64,000 bases of DNA. It comes from Deferribacterales bacterium (GTDB lineage Bacteria > Chrysiogenota > Deferribacteres > Deferribacterales > Geovibrionaceae). The stretch's first letter is position 1. Each line of letters starts with the position of its first letter. This document shows, in pieces, positions 49,994 to 61,389 of the stretch. Position numbers and translations under genes: made by a program. The stretch lies in assembly GCA_050253075.1 (NCBI GenBank), contig JBFWJS010000001.1, positions 256,001 to 320,000 on the forward strand, written 5' to 3'. Below the pieces are notes generated by a model that saw only the letters and a list, made by a program, of their open reading frames with translations, was not told the DNA's origin and did not search any database.

Positions 49994-50401
49994 TTACTTT
50001 ACTGCCTTAGCAGGTATCGGGCCTCTTACTGCACCGAATGGATTCACGTGGAAGATAAAGAGGTTGCCGTTGCTGTCTTTCACGTCGAACTGATACATAG
50101 CGCCTCTTGGGACTTCGATCTTGCTTCCGTCCACGATGCTGAAACCTTTAAAGTTGGCATCGATGTATTCCTGAACCTTAGCTTTTGCGCCTGCATCGTC
50201 AACAGGGTCTGCTGCCTGCTGGTTTCCATAGCAAGGTGCGCCTGCACCGGGGCCGAATCCTCCGCCCATCATGCCGGGGCCGCCGCCGAAACCGTTACCG
50301 TTACATGGTCCGCCCTGTCCTCTGAATCCTCCGCCGGGGTAAGCCACTGCGGATACTGCTGCGATTGCAACTATTGCTATTACTGCTGCTGTCTTTTTCA
50401 T
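49994..50401 (-). CDS. Gly/Met-rich periplasmic protein
   Basis: Signal peptide, GGPGMMGGGFGPG, small C-terminal domain; GGAGGA SD. Confidence 0.8.
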   Translation of the reverse strand: MKKTAAVIAIVAIAAVSAVAYPGGGFRGQGGPCNGNGFGGGPGMMGGGFGPGAGAPCYGNQQAADPVDDAGAKAKVQEYIDANFKGFSIVDGSKIEVPRGAMYQFDVKDSNGNLFIFHVNPFGAVRGPIPAKAVK

Positions 50402-50443
50402 TGAATTGTCCTCCTGTCCTGTTATTCGTTATGCATTACTATA

Positions 50444-50459
50444 TGCATGGGGTGTGCCA
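50444..50459 (-). promoter_or_regulatory. Sigma54 (-24/-12) promoter
   Basis: TGGCAC-ACCCC-ATGCA, 43 bp upstream of the 50401 start; palindrome GTGCA-N5-TGCAC at 50547-50561. Confidence 0.7.
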
Positions 50460-50612
50460 AAATGGCACTGCGTCGCAATATTCTTGATTATCTATGGGTT
50501 ATGGTATAACCTCAAAATCTGTACTGTAAAATTATTGCAGTAAATAGTGCATTTTTTGCACACTTTTTTTGATTTTAATGCGCAGTCTAATATTTGGGGC
50601 TATAATAGTTTT

Positions 50613-52424
50613 ATGAAAACACAACTGGCAATGCTTATTACTTTATTATTAATGTTTTACTCTGGAGCTACCGCTCACGAAGCAGGCGATGACCCATACT
50701 TTCATATTAATAATAGTAACGAGCAGATAGCATATACAGAAGAAGAGAAGCAGTACATCATAAACAAAGGTATGCTGAATATGTGTACCGACCCCAACTG
50801 GATGCCCTATGAAGGCTTTGACGAACAGGGGGGATACATAGGTGTTGCTGCAGACTATCATAATATCATATCCCACCTTACAGGGCTGAAGTATAACGTA
50901 ATTCACACACAGTCATGGTCAGAAACAATAGAGCTGGCGAAAGCGGGCAAATGCGACCTCATGTCTATACTTAACAAAACTCCCGAAAGAGATGACTACC
51001 TCGATTTCACCGATTCTTATATAAAGTCTCCGTCTGTTTTTGTAACAAGAGATCAGGATAAATTTATCAACGGTGTAGACGACCTGAAAGGTCAGACACT
51101 GGCAATAGTAAAAGGCTATATGGTGGACGAGATCATCCGCAAAGACTACCCCGAAATAAACAGGATATACGCAAACAACATTCAGGAAGCACTTAAGATG
51201 GTTAGCAAAGGGCAGGCATTTGCCACGGTGGGTTCGCTCCTCGAGATGTCTTATAACATGCGCCAGATGGGGCTTTTAAACCTGAAGATAACAGGCGATG
51301 CGAAATTCGGCTTTGACCTGCGCATAGGCGTCCGCAAAGGGGACAAGGTTCTGCTCTCTGTGATAAACAAGGCTCTGGCTAAGATAGGCAAAGAGGACAG
51401 AAACGAGATACTGAACAAGTGGATATCCATTAAATACCAGAAAGGATACGACTATTCCCTGATAATGAAAGTCGTTGCAGGCTTTCTCATCCTTATAGCA
51501 TTTATCGGCGGAAAGACAATTCTGTCCGCTAAGTATAATAAGAAGCTCCTATCTCTGTATAACGAGCTCCTCGATGCTAAGAACGAGCTCCAGCGTGTTA
51601 ATAAAGACCTCGAAAGAAAGGTCGCAGACGAGACAAGCCGAAGGCTGGAAAACGAACGCCTCCTCATGCAGCAGTCAAAGCTCGCAGCCATGGGAGACAT
51701 GATAGGCGCCATCGCACACCAGTGGAGGCAGCCGCTGAACGCCGTAGGCATCATCATACAGGACCTCGAAGACGACTATGAGGCAGGCACGGCAACACTG
51801 GACTCCATAAAGCAGTCATCCTCAGAGGCCATGAATGTCATCATGCAGATGTCCCAGACCATCACGGATTTCAGCAACTTCTTCAAACCTGATAAAAGCT
51901 CAGAATGCTTTAAACTGTGCAAAGCTATAAACGATGTCGCAGGAATGATGCTCCCTCAGCTGAAAAGCCATAATATTAAACTGCACATGGTCTGCATGGA
52001 TAACGACCTTGACGGTAAGCTGAAGGAGAACGGCGACCCGTTCGACTGCTGCAGCAACTACTGCGTACACGGATATCCTAACGAGTTCAAACACGTCATA
52101 CTGAACCTGCTGAAAAATGCTATGGATGCCCTCGACCCAATGCAGAAACAGAATAAATATATCCATATAAACATCACGACAGATGCCGAAAACTATATCA
52201 CCATAGAGATAAAAGATAACGGCGGAGGCATAGAAGCCGAGCACATCGCCAGAATATTCGAGCCCTACTTCAGTACAAAGATGGAGGGCAAGGGCGTGGG
52301 CATAGGTCTGTATATGTCAAAGCAGATACTGGAAAATATGAACGGTAAGCTGTGGTTTGAAAACAAAGACGAAGGTGCGGCATTCTTTATAAAGCTGAAA
52401 CTGTGCGATCATCCGCAGGTATAG
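50613..52424 (+). CDS. Sensor histidine kinase with periplasmic substrate-binding-protein domain
   Basis: DPNWMPY, TM helix, IAHQWRQPL, NLLKNAMDA, DNGGG, G.GIGLY. Confidence 0.93.
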   Translation: MKTQLAMLITLLLMFYSGATAHEAGDDPYFHINNSNEQIAYTEEEKQYIINKGMLNMCTDPNWMPYEGFDEQGGYIGVAADYHNIISHLTGLKYNVIHTQSWSETIELAKAGKCDLMSILNKTPERDDYLDFTDSYIKSPSVFVTRDQDKFINGVDDLKGQTLAIVKGYMVDEIIRKDYPEINRIYANNIQEALKMVSKGQAFATVGSLLEMSYNMRQMGLLNLKITGDAKFGFDLRIGVRKGDKVLLSVINKALAKIGKEDRNEILNKWISIKYQKGYDYSLIMKVVAGFLILIAFIGGKTILSAKYNKKLLSLYNELLDAKNELQRVNKDLERKVADETSRRLENERLLMQQSKLAAMGDMIGAIAHQWRQPLNAVGIIIQDLEDDYEAGTATLDSIKQSSSEAMNVIMQMSQTITDFSNFFKPDKSSECFKLCKAINDVAGMMLPQLKSHNIKLHMVCMDNDLDGKLKENGDPFDCCSNYCVHGYPNEFKHVILNLLKNAMDALDPMQKQNKYIHINITTDAENYITIEIKDNGGGIEAEHIARIFEPYFSTKMEGKGVGIGLYMSKQILENMNGKLWFENKDEGAAFFIKLKLCDHPQV

Positions 52425-52427
52425 CAT

Positions 52428-52468
52428 AAAAAAGAAAAGCTCCTAAAGTCAGAACAACTGTTAGGAGC
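52428..52468 (-). terminator. Intrinsic terminator with strong U tract on minus strand
   Basis: GCTCCTAA...TTAGGAGC followed by TTTTCTTTTTT on minus strand. Confidence 0.7.
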
Positions 52469-52648
52469 CTTTCAAGATAACAATTCCGGATCTTCTAAAC
52501 CCATTGGACTATCTCCTGCTGCAGTTATCTTACTCTTGTCTTGAAACTTTTCTTCCTCTGCAGCTATAAACCTAATATTATCCCCAGAGCATTTTTTGCA
52601 ATAGTTTTTTTCATCCCCAAACGATATAATTTTATCGGAGGTATGCAC

Positions 52649-53296
52649 ATGCTGATGAAAATCGAGAGAGAACATCTGGTCAGATACGGCAAAAAGCTCG
52701 TGGAAGCAGGGCTGACAAGCGGGACAGGGGGCAACCTCAGCATCTGCGACAGGCAGAGCGGACAGATAGTCATCACACCATCTGGGATAGACTATTTCGA
52801 GACAACAGCGGAAGACATCGTCATCACAGATATGGAAGGCAACCCCATCGAAGGGGATAACAAACCCTCCAGCGAGCTGTCATTTCATCTGGCGATATAC
52901 CGCAAACGCCCCGACATCAGCGCCATAGTACACACACACTCCACATACGCCACCACTATAGCATGCCTCGGCATGGAGCTCCCCGCTGTGCATTATATGA
53001 TAGCCTTCAGCGGGGACAAAGTACCCCTCGCACCATATAAAACATTCGGCACGCCAGAGCTGGCAAAGTCCGTCGCAGATTCCATAGGCGATTACAACGC
53101 TGTCCTTCTGTCGAATCACGGTCTGGTCGCATGCGGAGACAGCATAGGCAAGGCATTCACAGCAGCAGAAGAGATAGAGTTCACCGCCCGCATCTATGTT
53201 CAGGCAAAGAGCATAGGCGAGCCCGTGGTATTACCAGACGAAGAGATGAAGATAGTTGTGGATAAGTTCAAAACCTACGGACAGAAGAAGCGTTGA
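52649..53296 (+). CDS. Class II aldolase (L-fuculose-phosphate aldolase family)
   Basis: GNLS, TPSG, PSSE..FH, HTHS, NHG; GGAGGT SD. Confidence 0.92.
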   Translation: MLMKIEREHLVRYGKKLVEAGLTSGTGGNLSICDRQSGQIVITPSGIDYFETTAEDIVITDMEGNPIEGDNKPSSELSFHLAIYRKRPDISAIVHTHSTYATTIACLGMELPAVHYMIAFSGDKVPLAPYKTFGTPELAKSVADSIGDYNAVLLSNHGLVACGDSIGKAFTAAEEIEFTARIYVQAKSIGEPVVLPDEEMKIVVDKFKTYGQKKR

Positions 53297-53349
53297 TTTA
53301 CAAACACGCCTTATTCATTTATACTCAATAAAAAATCAACGGACAGAAA

Positions 53350-54858
53350 ATGTTTTCAAAAGTTTTCAGCGCACACGTGAACGGCATTGAAGCAGAGCTG
53401 GTAGAGGTGGAGACAGACATCGCCTCTATGGGGCTTCCGTCATTCAGCATGGTCGGTCTCGCCGATGCGGCAGTGCGTGAGAGCCGAGACAGAGTCCGTT
53501 CCGCATTGAAAAATATCAATATAAATGTCTTCGCCAAGCCTATCACAATAAACCTCGCCCCTGCGGATTTCAAAAAGGACGGCACATATTTCGACCTGCC
53601 TGTTGCTGTCGGCCTCGCCATCTCGGGCGGATGCGCAGAGGGGAACACAGACGGGATAATCTTCGCAGGAGAACTCTCTCTCGACGGCAGACTGAGAGCA
53701 GTCAGCGGTATACTCCCCATTGCACTATGCGCAAAGGACAACGGATTCAAAAAAGTGATAGTGCCGAAGGACAATGCAGACGAAGCGGCGATAGTCTCAG
53801 GGGTGGACATTTACTCCGCAGAGACACTCAGCGAAGTGCTCGACCTCATCCAAAATCCTGATAAATACACCCCCCATAAAGTAGACACGAACGCTCTGTT
53901 CAGCAGAAACAGATTTTATAAAGAAGACTTCGCCGAAGTGAAAGGGCAGATGGTGGCACGCAGATGCGCAGAGATAGCCGCAGCAGGCATGCACAACCTC
54001 TTCATGATAGGCTCGCCCGGCAGCGGAAAGACAATGATAGCCCGCAGACTGCCGAGCATCCTCCCCGACATGACCCTAGACGAAGCCATCGAAACCACAA
54101 AGATACACTCTGTCGCAGGGCTCGTGCGCTCTGCATCAGACCTGAAAAGTACACGCCCATTCTTTGCCCCGCACCACACCAGCAGTAATGTCGCCCTCAT
54201 AGGAGGCACTTCAAAAGCTGTCCCCGGTCAGGTGAGTCTGGCGACGAACGGCATACTCTTCCTCGACGAATTCCTCGAGTTTAACCGAAGCGTGCTCGAG
54301 ACACTGCGCCAGCCTTTGGAGGACGGCGAAGTTACCATAGCCAGAGCATCCCGCACGGTATCATATCCGGCGAAGTTTATGCTGGCAGCAGCGGCAAACC
54401 CGTGCCCATGCGGATATCTCGGGGATAAACAGAGGGAATGCACATGCTCTCAGGGCCAGATACAGAAATACCGCTCACGCCTGTCAGGACCGCTGATGGA
54501 CAGGATAGACCTGCATGTGGAGGTCCGCTCCGTGGAGATAAAGCAGCTGGCTGATTTGTCAGACGGAGAATCATCCGAAGCGATAAAGGCTCGGGTGGCA
54601 AAGGCTCACGCCATACAGATGAAGCGTGCAGGAGTTTTCAACAGCAGGCTTAGTGAAAAAGAGCTGAAAAAATACTGCAAGCTCGATGCTCAGGGGCAGA
54701 AGATAATCGAAACGGCAGCTTCAAAATATGCCCTCTCCGCCCGTGCATACGCAAAGATACTTAAGACATCACGCACCATAGCAGACCTCGAAGGTTCTGC
54801 GGATATACAGGCAAAGCATATCCTCGAATCCCTTCAGTACCGACTTCTCACTGATTAA
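53350..54858 (+). CDS. comM: YifB/ComM Mg-chelatase-like AAA+ ATPase
   Basis: [34 protein letters not shown]. Confidence 0.93.
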   Translation: MFSKVFSAHVNGIEAELVEVETDIASMGLPSFSMVGLADAAVRESRDRVRSALKNININVFAKPITINLAPADFKKDGTYFDLPVAVGLAISGGCAEGNTDGIIFAGELSLDGRLRAVSGILPIALCAKDNGFKKVIVPKDNADEAAIVSGVDIYSAETLSEVLDLIQNPDKYTPHKVDTNALFSRNRFYKEDFAEVKGQMVARRCAEIAAAGMHNLFMIGSPGSGKTMIARRLPSILPDMTLDEAIETTKIHSVAGLVRSASDLKSTRPFFAPHHTSSNVALIGGTSKAVPGQVSLATNGILFLDEFLEFNRSVLETLRQPLEDGEVTIARASRTVSYPAKFMLAAAANPCPCGYLGDKQRECTCSQGQIQKYRSRLSGPLMDRIDLHVEVRSVEIKQLADLSDGESSEAIKARVAKAHAIQMKRAGVFNSRLSEKELKKYCKLDAQGQKIIETAASKYALSARAYAKILKTSRTIADLEGSADIQAKHILESLQYRLLTD

Positions 54859-57215
54859 TACTCCGAAGGATCCGCCAAGCGTCTATAGACCATTCCATAA
54901 AGCATCTCAAGGTATCTCGCAGTTTCCTCACGCTCAAGGTTTGTTACAAATTTCCAAAATCCGTAAACACGTGCAAATGTCATGAGCTTTTTCGCATATA
55001 ATGCCCAGTTGTAGCGCTCTGCCACACGTTCAAGGGATTTGTCCGATATCTTATCCCATACCTTGCTGTCCTTTTGATAAGCATGGATGAACTCCAGCAG
55101 TTTAGCAGAGCATTCCTCACCCTTATTCGGGTCGATAGTGAAGCCTGATACACCGTCTTCTATTATCTCCGAAGGACCTCCGTATACAGTAGCAAAAACA
55201 GGCAGTCCCGAGCTCATCGCCTCGATGATGGTAAGACCGAATGCCTCGAAGAGTGCCGGCTGTACGAAAACACCTTTTTTATCTGCGATATATCTGTAGA
55301 ACTCGCCTGTGACACGTTTACCCAGATGAGCACCGACCCATCTAACAGAGTTATCAAGCCCCAGTTCGTTAAATATACCGTGCATAATGCGTATCTGTTC
55401 ACGCTCCTCATCGTCACTGCTGAGTAACTCGTCTACGAATCCGCCTATCACCACCAGATTTGCCGTCTTGCGCAGTTCTTCATTCTCGCCAAACCAGCGT
55501 ACCAGCCCTGTCAGATTCTTTATCTTATCCAGCCGCGCCATAGTGAATATTATCGCCTTATCCTTATCCGAAAGGTTTCCCCTGCTTCCTTTCAGATTCT
55601 CTTCAAAGAGCACCTGCTCTATCTCTTCCGTGTGTTCTGTGAACCTCTCCTCGCTCTTATAGCTGAAGAAGATGTCCGGAGCGGCTCCCGGCGACACCAC
55701 ATTAAACTTCGGATCGAATATATCTATGCCGTTCACCACACGGTACAGGTTCGGCAGGGTGTAGTTCATATAACTTTCATACTGCCCCACGCTGTCGTGT
55801 GTGCCTGCTATCTCCTGATATGTTGACGTAATTATAAAATCTGAATAATTCATGCTTATAAGGTCAGCAGTATACTGACATGCGAAGTGGTATTTATCGT
55901 TATTATCCTGCCAGTACAGGTCGGAATAAAGGTACTTTGTCTTTTCCAATGCGTGGGCTATGGTACACTGTGTCACACCCAGCCTCTGGGACATCAGCGA
56001 TGCCACTATATTGCCGTCGGAATAGTTGCCTATTATCAGGTCCGGTCTGCTCTGCAGCCTGGAAAGAACGGTCTGCTCTGCCTCGTATGAAAACCGCTCA
56101 AGGTATGGCCAGATACGAAAACGGGATATCCACTGCCGTACGACTTCGCCGTTTTCATCTCTGAAAGGCACACGCACAATATAACAGTTTTCAGTGCCCC
56201 GTATGAGCTCCTCTTCCTGATCACAAGTGGTTCCTTCAGCATCGGGGATGAGCCTTGTCACCACCAGTATCTTAGGTGTGATGTCTAAGCCCTTCTCGCT
56301 CAGTCTGCTCTTCAGCTCGTGTTCCATCGCCTTCACCTGATCAAGGATATAAACAACCTGCCCGCCGGTGTCAGGCTTCCCAAAGACGCCCGCCTGACCG
56401 AAAAAGCCGTGCGGAGAGAGAACAACCAGAGAAAATATCATAGGTATCCTGTCGAGAAATTTTTCCAGAACAGCCGGATCAGGTGCAGAGAGCACATCTG
56501 AAAGCAGGCTTATGAATTCCTTCACATAGCATAACTTTTTACCCCAGCCGGGCTCGAAACCAAGCTGTGTCATCTCAGCCTCTACACTGCTCCATTCCTC
56601 ATCGTCATTTCGGTTTTTAAGGAGTGCCTGCGCTTTTTTTATGGCTTTTTTCAACTTTTCCACACTATCTATTCTGCTGTTCAGCATAAGCTGGCGTTCA
56701 TCGTATTTATGCACACGTAGAAAATCAAGAAGCTGCTTCTGTCCTTTTTCAGGATTCATAAATATACGGCTGGACTGATGTCTGTTAAGGAATTCCACAC
56801 CTTTGCCTATGAACTCTGCTCCCGACGGTTTGGGGAAATCTCTGTTGAAAGGCTTCAGATCCACAGAGGGTATCCACCCCGCAGTGTCTCCGAGGACGGT
56901 CTTTTCCTTCACAGCCAGATATTCTGTGGCCGTTACCTCCGCATAGTCCAGAGTGTCGGTATAGATAGTCACATACACCCACTCACCTATGGACACACGT
57001 GTAGCAAAATATATCTGACCATGTGTCTTCACAGCCTCCTGTAAAGACTCTATAAAGTCTGGCAGGACTGCAGTTTCATACATTTCATGCAGCTCTGTCT
57101 GCAAAAAGAGCTGTTTGTCCGTATCCTCTATCTTTTTCAGAAAAGGGCAGAAATCAGCCTTATTATCTGCCAGCACGGCATCCAGTCCTTCAAGTTCTCT
57201 ATTTGATAAATTCAT
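54855..57215 (-). CDS. sus: Sucrose synthase (GT4)
   Basis: [50 protein letters not shown]. Confidence 0.96.
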   Translation of the reverse strand: MNLSNRELEGLDAVLADNKADFCPFLKKIEDTDKQLFLQTELHEMYETAVLPDFIESLQEAVKTHGQIYFATRVSIGEWVYVTIYTDTLDYAEVTATEYLAVKEKTVLGDTAGWIPSVDLKPFNRDFPKPSGAEFIGKGVEFLNRHQSSRIFMNPEKGQKQLLDFLRVHKYDERQLMLNSRIDSVEKLKKAIKKAQALLKNRNDDEEWSSVEAEMTQLGFEPGWGKKLCYVKEFISLLSDVLSAPDPAVLEKFLDRIPMIFSLVVLSPHGFFGQAGVFGKPDTGGQVVYILDQVKAMEHELKSRLSEKGLDITPKILVVTRLIPDAEGTTCDQEEELIRGTENCYIVRVPFRDENGEVVRQWISRFRIWPYLERFSYEAEQTVLSRLQSRPDLIIGNYSDGNIVASLMSQRLGVTQCTIAHALEKTKYLYSDLYWQDNNDKYHFACQYTADLISMNYSDFIITSTYQEIAGTHDSVGQYESYMNYTLPNLYRVVNGIDIFDPKFNVVSPGAAPDIFFSYKSEERFTEHTEEIEQVLFEENLKGSRGNLSDKDKAIIFTMARLDKIKNLTGLVRWFGENEELRKTANLVVIGGFVDELLSSDDEEREQIRIMHGIFNELGLDNSVRWVGAHLGKRVTGEFYRYIADKKGVFVQPALFEAFGLTIIEAMSSGLPVFATVYGGPSEIIEDGVSGFTIDPNKGEECSAKLLEFIHAYQKDSKVWDKISDKSLERVAERYNWALYAKKLMTFARVYGFWKFVTNLEREETARYLEMLYGMVYRRLADPSEY

Positions 57216-59325
57216 AGTATTCCACCCCGTCTAATATTCCGTCTGCATATTCCTTTTCGCTGAAATATACATTTTCACGATCTCTCAGTTTTTCCAGTTC
57301 TTCGCTATAGTTTCCGACTGCCACACCGGATATAGCTCCGTTCAACATGTCTATGTCGTTACCCGAATCTCCCGCCACAAGTATATTTTCAAAAGGTATG
57401 TCCCATCTGAAAGCGACAGCCTTCACCGCTGTCCCCTTTGAGGCTCTGACGGGGAGTATGTCCAGATACTGATTGTGGGATATGATTATCTTCGCCTTTA
57501 TGTCCGCATCCTGGAAAATGCGTGTGAGTTTCTTTGTTCCCATGAACTTCTTCTCATCGTAAAAGTACGAAACCTTATACTCACGCATCTCCGATGACGG
57601 CTGAGGCATCACACCGACTATGTCTTTCATCAGTTTCTTTATCTCATTCGGCTTCCAGTCTGCGCCGATATGCTCTGACCACAGGCTGTCCCGTTTAAGT
57701 TCACCTGTGTAGTATATCTCGCTGCCTACGGATGTGATAAATATGTCCGGGGTCGGCACCCCCTCTTCCTGCAGTACTTTTTTAGCACTGTTGATATTTC
57801 GCCCTGTGGCCACACAAAAGACAAACTTCCCGTGGTTTTCTTCATAGAATGCTTTAAACTTTTTTAGTGCCTGTGCGCTTCCCAGCAGAGTGTTGTCTAT
57901 ATCTGTAACCAGCATGCGGTTCACTCCCGCTATTCTATTAACGCTTTTCATCGTATAGTACCCTTTCACGTCCTTATTCTTTATCTTCTCCACCAGTTTT
58001 ACGTATTTATCCACGTGTCCTTTCCATGTGTAGAATTTATTAATATTTGCACTGCCAGCCGTTGCCCACTGTCTGTTCAGTTTTGTATCTGAGACGGCTT
58101 TGAGCAGAGCTTCCCCCATCTCAGAGGCATCTGTGGGTGACACCAGCAATCCGTTCTTGCAGTTTTTTATTATCTCTGTCGGCCCGCCGTCGTTTGTCGC
58201 CACCACAGGCAGTCCAGACGCAGTCGCCTCCAGTATTGTCAGCCCGAAAGGCTCTATCAGGGCAGGGTTTACAAAAACCCCTTTCATCTTCTGCGCCAGC
58301 TGATAAAACTCCACCACCTGATCAGAGTGATGTGTCTTCGGATATGCGACCTTGCCGTAAAGGTCGTATTTATCCACCTTTATAAGCAGATCGGTGAGAA
58401 CCTTCCTCGCTCCCGAAGGCATTGAAGCTATATCTTCCCTATTCCCTGCCACCACTAACAGGTTCGCCGCATCCTGAAGCTTCTTATTCTGACCGTAGGC
58501 ATCCAGAAGCGTGGTAATGTTCTTTTTATCGTCTGCTCTGGAGAGGGCTAATATGAGCGGTTTTTCAGGCTGTTTTAAAAAGCGCATTACCTTCTCATAC
58601 ACACTGAGCTTCTTTACATTCCCCTTATATTTAAAGAACTTGTCCAGATACACTCCGGGCGGCATAACATGTATCTTCTTCGGACGATAGTTCTGATAGT
58701 CTGCATACTGCTTCTTTGCCTCGTGGCTCGTACTGGTGACAACCGCCTTTGCAAAACGGAGTGCTGTCTCTTCCGCTTTTATCCTGCGGGTGATGTTATA
58801 CAGCTTTTCCGCCTCTTCATATGTCATCCCCTTTTCAAGAAGGGTACGTATCTTATCTTTGCCCAGTGAATGCCCTGTGAATATCAACGGCACACCGATA
58901 TAATGTGAAAGCTGTGCGCCGACATATCCTGCATCTGCATAATGAGCGTGGATGATATCAGGGACACGTCCCACCTTTTTTATGTGACGCAGGATGTTCT
59001 CCACCAGTGTATCAAGATACGTCCACAGCCTCTCTTTCTTAAGATATCTGTTCGGACCGAAATGCAGGCGGGAAACTATCCCTCCGTTGTCGGTGATTTC
59101 TTCAGATTCTGAATAGTCTGAGCTTACTTTTTTGTCGTATATCTTTCGTGTAATGAGCTCTGCACGCTCTACATTCTGATGCAGAGCCAGATTATCCAGC
59201 AGCTCCAGAACATACTTCACCTGACCACCCGTGTCGGAGTCTCTGCCCAGCTCCGGCTCGTTCCATCTGATCAGACCGTGTACGCTGATCAGCATCACAT
59301 AGAGTCCTTTATTTGAAGACGGCAT
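57199..59325 (-). CDS. sps: Sucrose-phosphate synthase with C-terminal HAD (SPP-like) domain
   Basis: [41 protein letters not shown]. Confidence 0.95.
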   Translation of the reverse strand: MPSSNKGLYVMLISVHGLIRWNEPELGRDSDTGGQVKYVLELLDNLALHQNVERAELITRKIYDKKVSSDYSESEEITDNGGIVSRLHFGPNRYLKKERLWTYLDTLVENILRHIKKVGRVPDIIHAHYADAGYVGAQLSHYIGVPLIFTGHSLGKDKIRTLLEKGMTYEEAEKLYNITRRIKAEETALRFAKAVVTSTSHEAKKQYADYQNYRPKKIHVMPPGVYLDKFFKYKGNVKKLSVYEKVMRFLKQPEKPLILALSRADDKKNITTLLDAYGQNKKLQDAANLLVVAGNREDIASMPSGARKVLTDLLIKVDKYDLYGKVAYPKTHHSDQVVEFYQLAQKMKGVFVNPALIEPFGLTILEATASGLPVVATNDGGPTEIIKNCKNGLLVSPTDASEMGEALLKAVSDTKLNRQWATAGSANINKFYTWKGHVDKYVKLVEKIKNKDVKGYYTMKSVNRIAGVNRMLVTDIDNTLLGSAQALKKFKAFYEENHGKFVFCVATGRNINSAKKVLQEEGVPTPDIFITSVGSEIYYTGELKRDSLWSEHIGADWKPNEIKKLMKDIVGVMPQPSSEMREYKVSYFYDEKKFMGTKKLTRIFQDADIKAKIIISHNQYLDILPVRASKGTAVKAVAFRWDIPFENILVAGDSGNDIDMLNGAISGVAVGNYSEELEKLRDRENVYFSEKEYADGILDGVEYYEFIK

Positions 59326-60196
59326 CTATCTCCTCCTTTATATCTATATAAAATTTCTTATCTTTAGTCAGTGCACCCTGAATTGAGCATATCTTTGCAG
59401 CATACATGGAGGCCATATTCAGCGACTGTTCCCTGTCTGCTCCGTTTATAAGTCCTTTTATGATCACAGAACTAAAGGCATCCCCCGCTCCAACGGTATC
59501 GTGCATATCCTCCACGATAAATCTGCGGCTTGCTGTTACTCTGCTTCCGTCTGAGAAAAGAGCACCGTCCGCTCCGCATGTCACATATACTTCTGCGATA
59601 CCGTATTTATCTATGAGATACCTGCATTTTTCAGCCGTCCCCCCTGAGCATTCCGCTGTAAGCAGGTTCAGTTCGTCCAGATTCAGCTTTATGCAGTTGG
59701 CGTAATGCGCCAGCTCACTAACCAGATCATGTGTCCAGTTTCCGCTGCGCAGATTTACGTCGTAAAATGTCTTTATGTTCTTACTGTTCAGGATATTGAG
59801 AAGTGTTTTCTTTGATTCCGTCTCTCTGGCTGCTAATGTGCCGTAATATATGAATGCACCGGAGGTATCGGCATCACATGTGATGCGGTCGTATGCTGCA
59901 TGCCTGCGGATATCGTATTCAGGCTCGCCGTTTGTGAGCTTTACTATAACCCTTCCGGTATCATAACTGCTGTCTGTCTTAACAAGGCTTGTGCTCATTC
60001 CGCTCTTATTCATAAAAGCGAGTATTTCTGCACCTAAGCCGTCTGTCCCCACTCTGGAAATTAACTGCGGGTTAAGCCCCTGCATTTTCAGATTATAAGC
60101 AACATTAAAAGGAGCTCCGCCGAGCTTCTTCTCACCGCCGAAAATATCAAAAAGGACCTCGCCGAAGACGAATAATTTAATACTTGCATAATTCAT
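59309..60196 (-). CDS. PfkB family fructokinase
   Basis: GGAPFNVA, DVNLR, DTVGAGDAF; in sucrose cluster. Confidence 0.92.
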   Translation of the reverse strand: MNYASIKLFVFGEVLFDIFGGEKKLGGAPFNVAYNLKMQGLNPQLISRVGTDGLGAEILAFMNKSGMSTSLVKTDSSYDTGRVIVKLTNGEPEYDIRRHAAYDRITCDADTSGAFIYYGTLAARETESKKTLLNILNSKNIKTFYDVNLRSGNWTHDLVSELAHYANCIKLNLDELNLLTAECSGGTAEKCRYLIDKYGIAEVYVTCGADGALFSDGSRVTASRRFIVEDMHDTVGAGDAFSSVIIKGLINGADREQSLNMASMYAAKICSIQGALTKDKKFYIDIKEEIDAVFK

Positions 60197-60237
60197 ACAT
60201 GAAATATAACACAAAGATGAGAAAATTTCCAGTATAG

Positions 60238-61389
60238 CTAGATAAACCTTGATAGCATGCTGTTTACAAAGCTGTTCAGATTTTCCTGTGTGACACCGTG
60301 AGATTTGACAAGTTTCTCAGCTTCGAGCCTTGACTGAGGCTGATCCATATCCGAAAGAGACCTCAGAACGAGGGCTCTGCGCCCGACTATATATATAAGC
60401 TGCTCTTCATCTGTCATAGACATGAATCTATTAAGCACACCGAGCATATCGTCCTTCTTTTCAGGCAGGTTTCCGTCTATCTCCTCGAACAGATTCAGGA
60501 TGTGGTCGCTCTTTATCCTGCTGCTGCAGTTCAGGGATTCGATGAAAATTTTAAGCTCTTCTGCCGTCTGCACGTCTGTGGCACGGGTGAACTCCCCTGC
60601 TTTTGACAGCTCGTCCATCTCGGAATCTTCGAGTACGGCAAGGGTGCGTATGCGGATGAAGTCGGGATTTACAGCATTGAAGACTTCTGCCGTCTCGACA
60701 GCATTTTCACGCAGATACTTCACACCGCCGAGCCCCGGCATATAGTATACCGACAGCTCTATCCCCGCGTCCTTCACCTTTTTCCCTGCGTTTATATGCC
60801 CTTGCTTGTCCACGCCCTTTTTCACCATCTCCAGCACGGCATCTGAGCCTGATTCCACCCCTATGTGTATCCTGTCCAGACCGGCGTTTTTCAGCATTTT
60901 CAGCTTTGAGCCGTCCATAGCGGCTAAGGTGTGGCTGCGCCCGTATGATGTGATGCGCTTTATCTGCGGGAACTTACTGCGGAGATACTCTATCACCTCG
61001 CACAGCTCGTCTGTTTTCATCAGGAGGGTATTGGCATCCTGCAGAAAGGCTGATTCGCCGCCGCCCGAAATCCAGTTCTGCGCCATGAAGAGCGCCATGC
61101 GGTCATTCTTCCCCAGATCGGCATCTAGAAACCTTAGCGCAGAGAGCAGCGACCCCGTCTCCACCATATTATCAGCCAGAAGCTCGGCGAAATACGCCAC
61201 TCTGTCGATGTCTTCCTTTATGTGCGACACAGGACGTATGGAGAACTTCTCCCCTTTATACAGCATGCAGAACCTGCATTTGTTCCAGGGACAGTTCCTT
61301 GTGACACGCAGCATAAGGCTCCCCGATTCGCTTGGCGGACGTATGGGCCCTGCTTCAAAACCTGTGTATTCCTGTTCTTTCAGTCTCAT
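60238..61389 (-). CDS. Radical SAM protein, function unknown
   Basis: GPIRPPSE, CPWNKCRFC, GVESGS. Confidence 0.9.
   Translation of the reverse strand: MRLKEQEYTGFEAGPIRPPSESGSLMLRVTRNCPWNKCRFCMLYKGEKFSIRPVSHIKEDIDRVAYFAELLADNMVETGSLLSALRFLDADLGKNDRMALFMAQNWISGGGESAFLQDANTLLMKTDELCEVIEYLRSKFPQIKRITSYGRSHTLAAMDGSKLKMLKNAGLDRIHIGVESGSDAVLEMVKKGVDKQGHINAGKKVKDAGIELSVYYMPGLGGVKYLRENAVETAEVFNAVNPDFIRIRTLAVLEDSEMDELSKAGEFTRATDVQTAEELKIFIESLNCSSRIKSDHILNLFEEIDGNLPEKKDDMLGVLNRFMSMTDEEQLIYIVGRRALVLRSLSDMDQPQSRLEAEKLVKSHGVTQENLNSFVNSMLSRFI

Noticed and set aside
52472..52675. 67-aa minus-strand ORF as a full protein
   Set aside because: Overlaps the aldolase start; only the last 10 codons have an SD (reported as a finding)
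53350..54858. comM as an integration site for the sucrose cluster
   Set aside because: comM is intact; no integrase or att repeats seen
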